From positions 6,608-70,607 of the forward strand of contig CAWDHA010000014.1 of the NCBI GenBank assembly GCA_963801935.1: a stretch of DNA of 64,000 nt. Direction: 5' to 3'. Both the position numbers and the translations under genes were made by a program. Below the pieces are notes generated by a model. It was not told where the DNA came from. It ran no database searches and saw only the letters and a program-made list of their open reading frames with translations. Every line of letters begins with the position of its first letter. The first letter of the stretch is position 1. The DNA comes from an uncultured delta proteobacterium. Lineage in GTDB: Bacteria > Desulfobacterota > Binatia > UBA9968. Positions 62,117 to 64,000 of this stretch are shown here, piece by piece.

Positions 62117-62890
62117 CTATGTGGTGCTGGCGAATCCGCCGTCGACGATAATGATCTCGCCGGTGACGAAGCGGTTGTGCAATATCAGACTTAACATGCT
62201 GTCAGCGACGTCATCTTCGGTGCAGCAGCGCTTGAGCGGCGTGTATTTTGCGCGGCGCGCCATCAGGCTGTCGTAATTTTCCGCCAACGTGCGCTTCATC
62301 CAGTCACCCTCGATCCAACCCGGCGCCACCGCATTGACGCGAATCTTTGGGCCCAAGGCGTTGGCGAGAGTTTTAGTGAGATTTGCCACGGCGGCTTTGC
62401 TCGCCGCATAAGGCAAAGGTTGGGCGCTCGGCCTCAACCCGGCGATGCTGCAAGTATTAACGATACAAGCGTTGGGCGATTTTCTTAACAGCGCCGTCGC
62501 CGCTCGCGTGACGAGGAAAAGACCGAGAACATTGACGTTAAAAACCCGATTCCAGTCTTCGACCGTCAGGCCGTCGAAGTTTTTGGGCTCGACATCGACG
62601 GTGGTGCCGGCGTTGTTGATCAGCACGTCGAGCCGGCCGAATTCTTTCTCGGTTGCGTCCAACATGGCGCGCACCCCGGCATCGTCACTCACATCACAGC
62701 GGTAGAGCAATGCGCGCGCACCCGCGGCCTCACAGTGGCGCGCCGTGGTTTTCGCGGCTTCTTCGCTGCGGCTAAAATTGACGACTATGTCGTAGCCGTT
62801 TTTCGCCAGCACCACGGCCGCGCTGCGGCCGATACCCGTGGCTGCGCCGGTCACCAGCGCCGCGGCTTTGTTATAATCTCCGTTTGCCAT
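62117..62890 (-). CDS. Short-chain dehydrogenase/reductase (FabG-like)
   Basis: TGAATGIGR and YAASKAA motifs. The ATG at 62890 is preferred over 62923. Confidence 0.8.
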   Translation of the reverse strand: MANGDYNKAAALVTGAATGIGRSAAVVLAKNGYDIVVNFSRSEEAAKTTARHCEAAGARALLYRCDVSDDAGVRAMLDATEKEFGRLDVLINNAGTTVDVEPKNFDGLTVEDWNRVFNVNVLGLFLVTRAATALLRKSPNACIVNTCSIAGLRPSAQPLPYAASKAAVANLTKTLANALGPKIRVNAVAPGWIEGDWMKRTLAENYDSLMARRAKYTPLKRCCTEDDVADSMLSLILHNRFVTGEIIIVDGGFASTT

Positions 62891-63383
62891 TGCGCGCCGA
62901 GCGTACAAAAACAGCAGTTTCAAGTCAACGCAAGGCGCGGCTCAAGGTGTTCGGTCCCACACGAAAACGCGGTGTCTTTCCGACTCGGCGACGCGCGGTC
63001 GTGAGAAAAAATTCCCCAGAGTTGAGGACAGAGAGATAAAGAATTTGCAGGCTTCGGAGGTATCCCTCGTTCCGGCATCGAGTGCAACCCAGGTTACATG
63101 GATGTCTCCGGGCATCCTTGCGAGCCTGGATGCCGGCAATCCATGCCGGCATGACGTGCCGACGGCGGCCGCTGGGCAGGGCAACGCTCGGCATTAGCAA
63201 ACGACCGCTTCGCTCAGCTCAAGGAGGACTACCAGAAAAAATGGCGCCGACCGGAGCAATTTGACATACGGCTACATTCACAAACCGAAAGCGTGACTAT
63301 GGCAAGTTGCGGCATTCTTGACGCTTCAGTTCTTCCACCGTCTCCCGCGAGCGGGAGAGGGAAGGGTGAGGGTCTCTTGCCGG

Positions 63384-64000
63384 TTAACGCGGTACCGATA
63401 CGCCGCTGACGCCGGCTTTCTCGATAGCGCGCGCGACGAACCCCGAAGCTTTCACATCTTCGATAAATTCACATAGATACTTCGCGGCCTCCTCGTGGCC
63501 TCTTGGAATACCGAGCGCTTGTTGTATCGCCATGAATCGGTCCTCAAAGACACGCGATCCCGGTAGCTTGGCCGCGTTGGCTACAAGGGTTTGTCGCACG
63601 CCGCCAAGCACATCGACCTTGCCGGAAACGATCAGCTCGAAGGCGGCGTCCGGGCTTGATGCCCGCAATAGTTGGGCGTGTTGAAGGCTGCGGCTCAGAA
63701 ACAAATCGTACGCGCTGCCGGCCGACGCGCCGACGCGCATTCCCTCGCGATCGACCTCCGCGACCGTGCAGAGCGGCGACCCCGCAGGCACAAGATAGGT
63801 CCCTTCGATTTCAACGTAGGGCGCGGTGAAATCGATCTCGTCAGCGCGCAAGGGGTCAATGGCGAGAAACGCGACATCCCACGCTGCTGCTTTGAGCGCG
63901 CTGAACATCTTCCCCGCTGACTCGAAGCCGACCAGTTCGACCGGCACGCCAACACGTTGGCCGATCTCCCGCCCCAGATCAGGCGCCACGCCATGTAGCT
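63384..64000 (-). CDS. Family-3 (polar amino acid type) solute-binding protein, 5' end beyond the window
   Basis: ...WDVAFLAIDPLRADEIDFTAPYVEIEGTYLVP...; the ORF is open to the window edge. Confidence 0.6.
   Translation of the reverse strand, partial: LHGVAPDLGREIGQRVGVPVELVGFESAGKMFSALKAAAWDVAFLAIDPLRADEIDFTAPYVEIEGTYLVPAGSPLCTVAEVDREGMRVGASAGSAYDLFLSRSLQHAQLLRASSPDAAFELIVSGKVDVLGGVRQTLVANAAKLPGSRVFEDRFMAIQQALGIPRGHEEAAKYLCEFIEDVKASGFVARAIEKAGVSGVSVPR

Overview
GC-rich, gene-dense chromosomal segment, read by eye only with no database searches, from what looks like an uncultivated environmental bacterium that decodes UGA as selenocysteine. The taxon is not determinable from the sequence. 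Recognisable blocks in order: ornithine cyclodeaminase-like gene, 7Fe ferredoxin and a lipoprotein/zinc-metalloprotease pair; ybeY and prfB, the latter with its canonical +1 frameshift site; an arsenosugar-type cluster (arsM, arsS, DedA-disulfide reductase fusion, DUF547, two glycosyltransferase-like genes); a seven-gene pentose-phosphate operon (tkt-rpiB-tal/pgi-gnd-zwf-glk-pgl) in which glk is frame-broken; a secreted peroxiredoxin-like protein with an in-frame TGA in its UxxC redox motif; an SDR and a double-length ThyX-like gene. A decayed toxin-antitoxin hotspot is bracketed by a duplicated hydrolase 3' end. The most unusual finding is an orphan GrdE/GrdB-like pair whose GrdB-like ORF reads through an in-frame TGA, with no grdA, grdCD or trx nearby. 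Further on are a PIN/Phd module, a tripartite tricarboxylate transporter locus (tctA, tctB and five TctC-like binding-protein paralogs, two clearly pseudogenised), an orphan B12-type radical SAM gene beside a poorly conserved islet, and an aromatic-acid cluster (gentisate 1,2-dioxygenase, enolase-superfamily enzyme, two amidohydrolase-2 genes, Tat dienelactone hydrolase, DhbE-like aryl-AMP ligase, SDR). Intergenic DNA is unusually rich in several distinct repeat families: a 165-bp and a ~125-bp TIR element with CTAG termini, tandem-nonamer hairpins, a shared terminator hairpin, and assorted small REP-like hairpins. No rRNA, tRNA, CRISPR array or intact transposase was seen. Several genes need frame corrections, some at homopolymers, so assembly error and real decay cannot always be separated.
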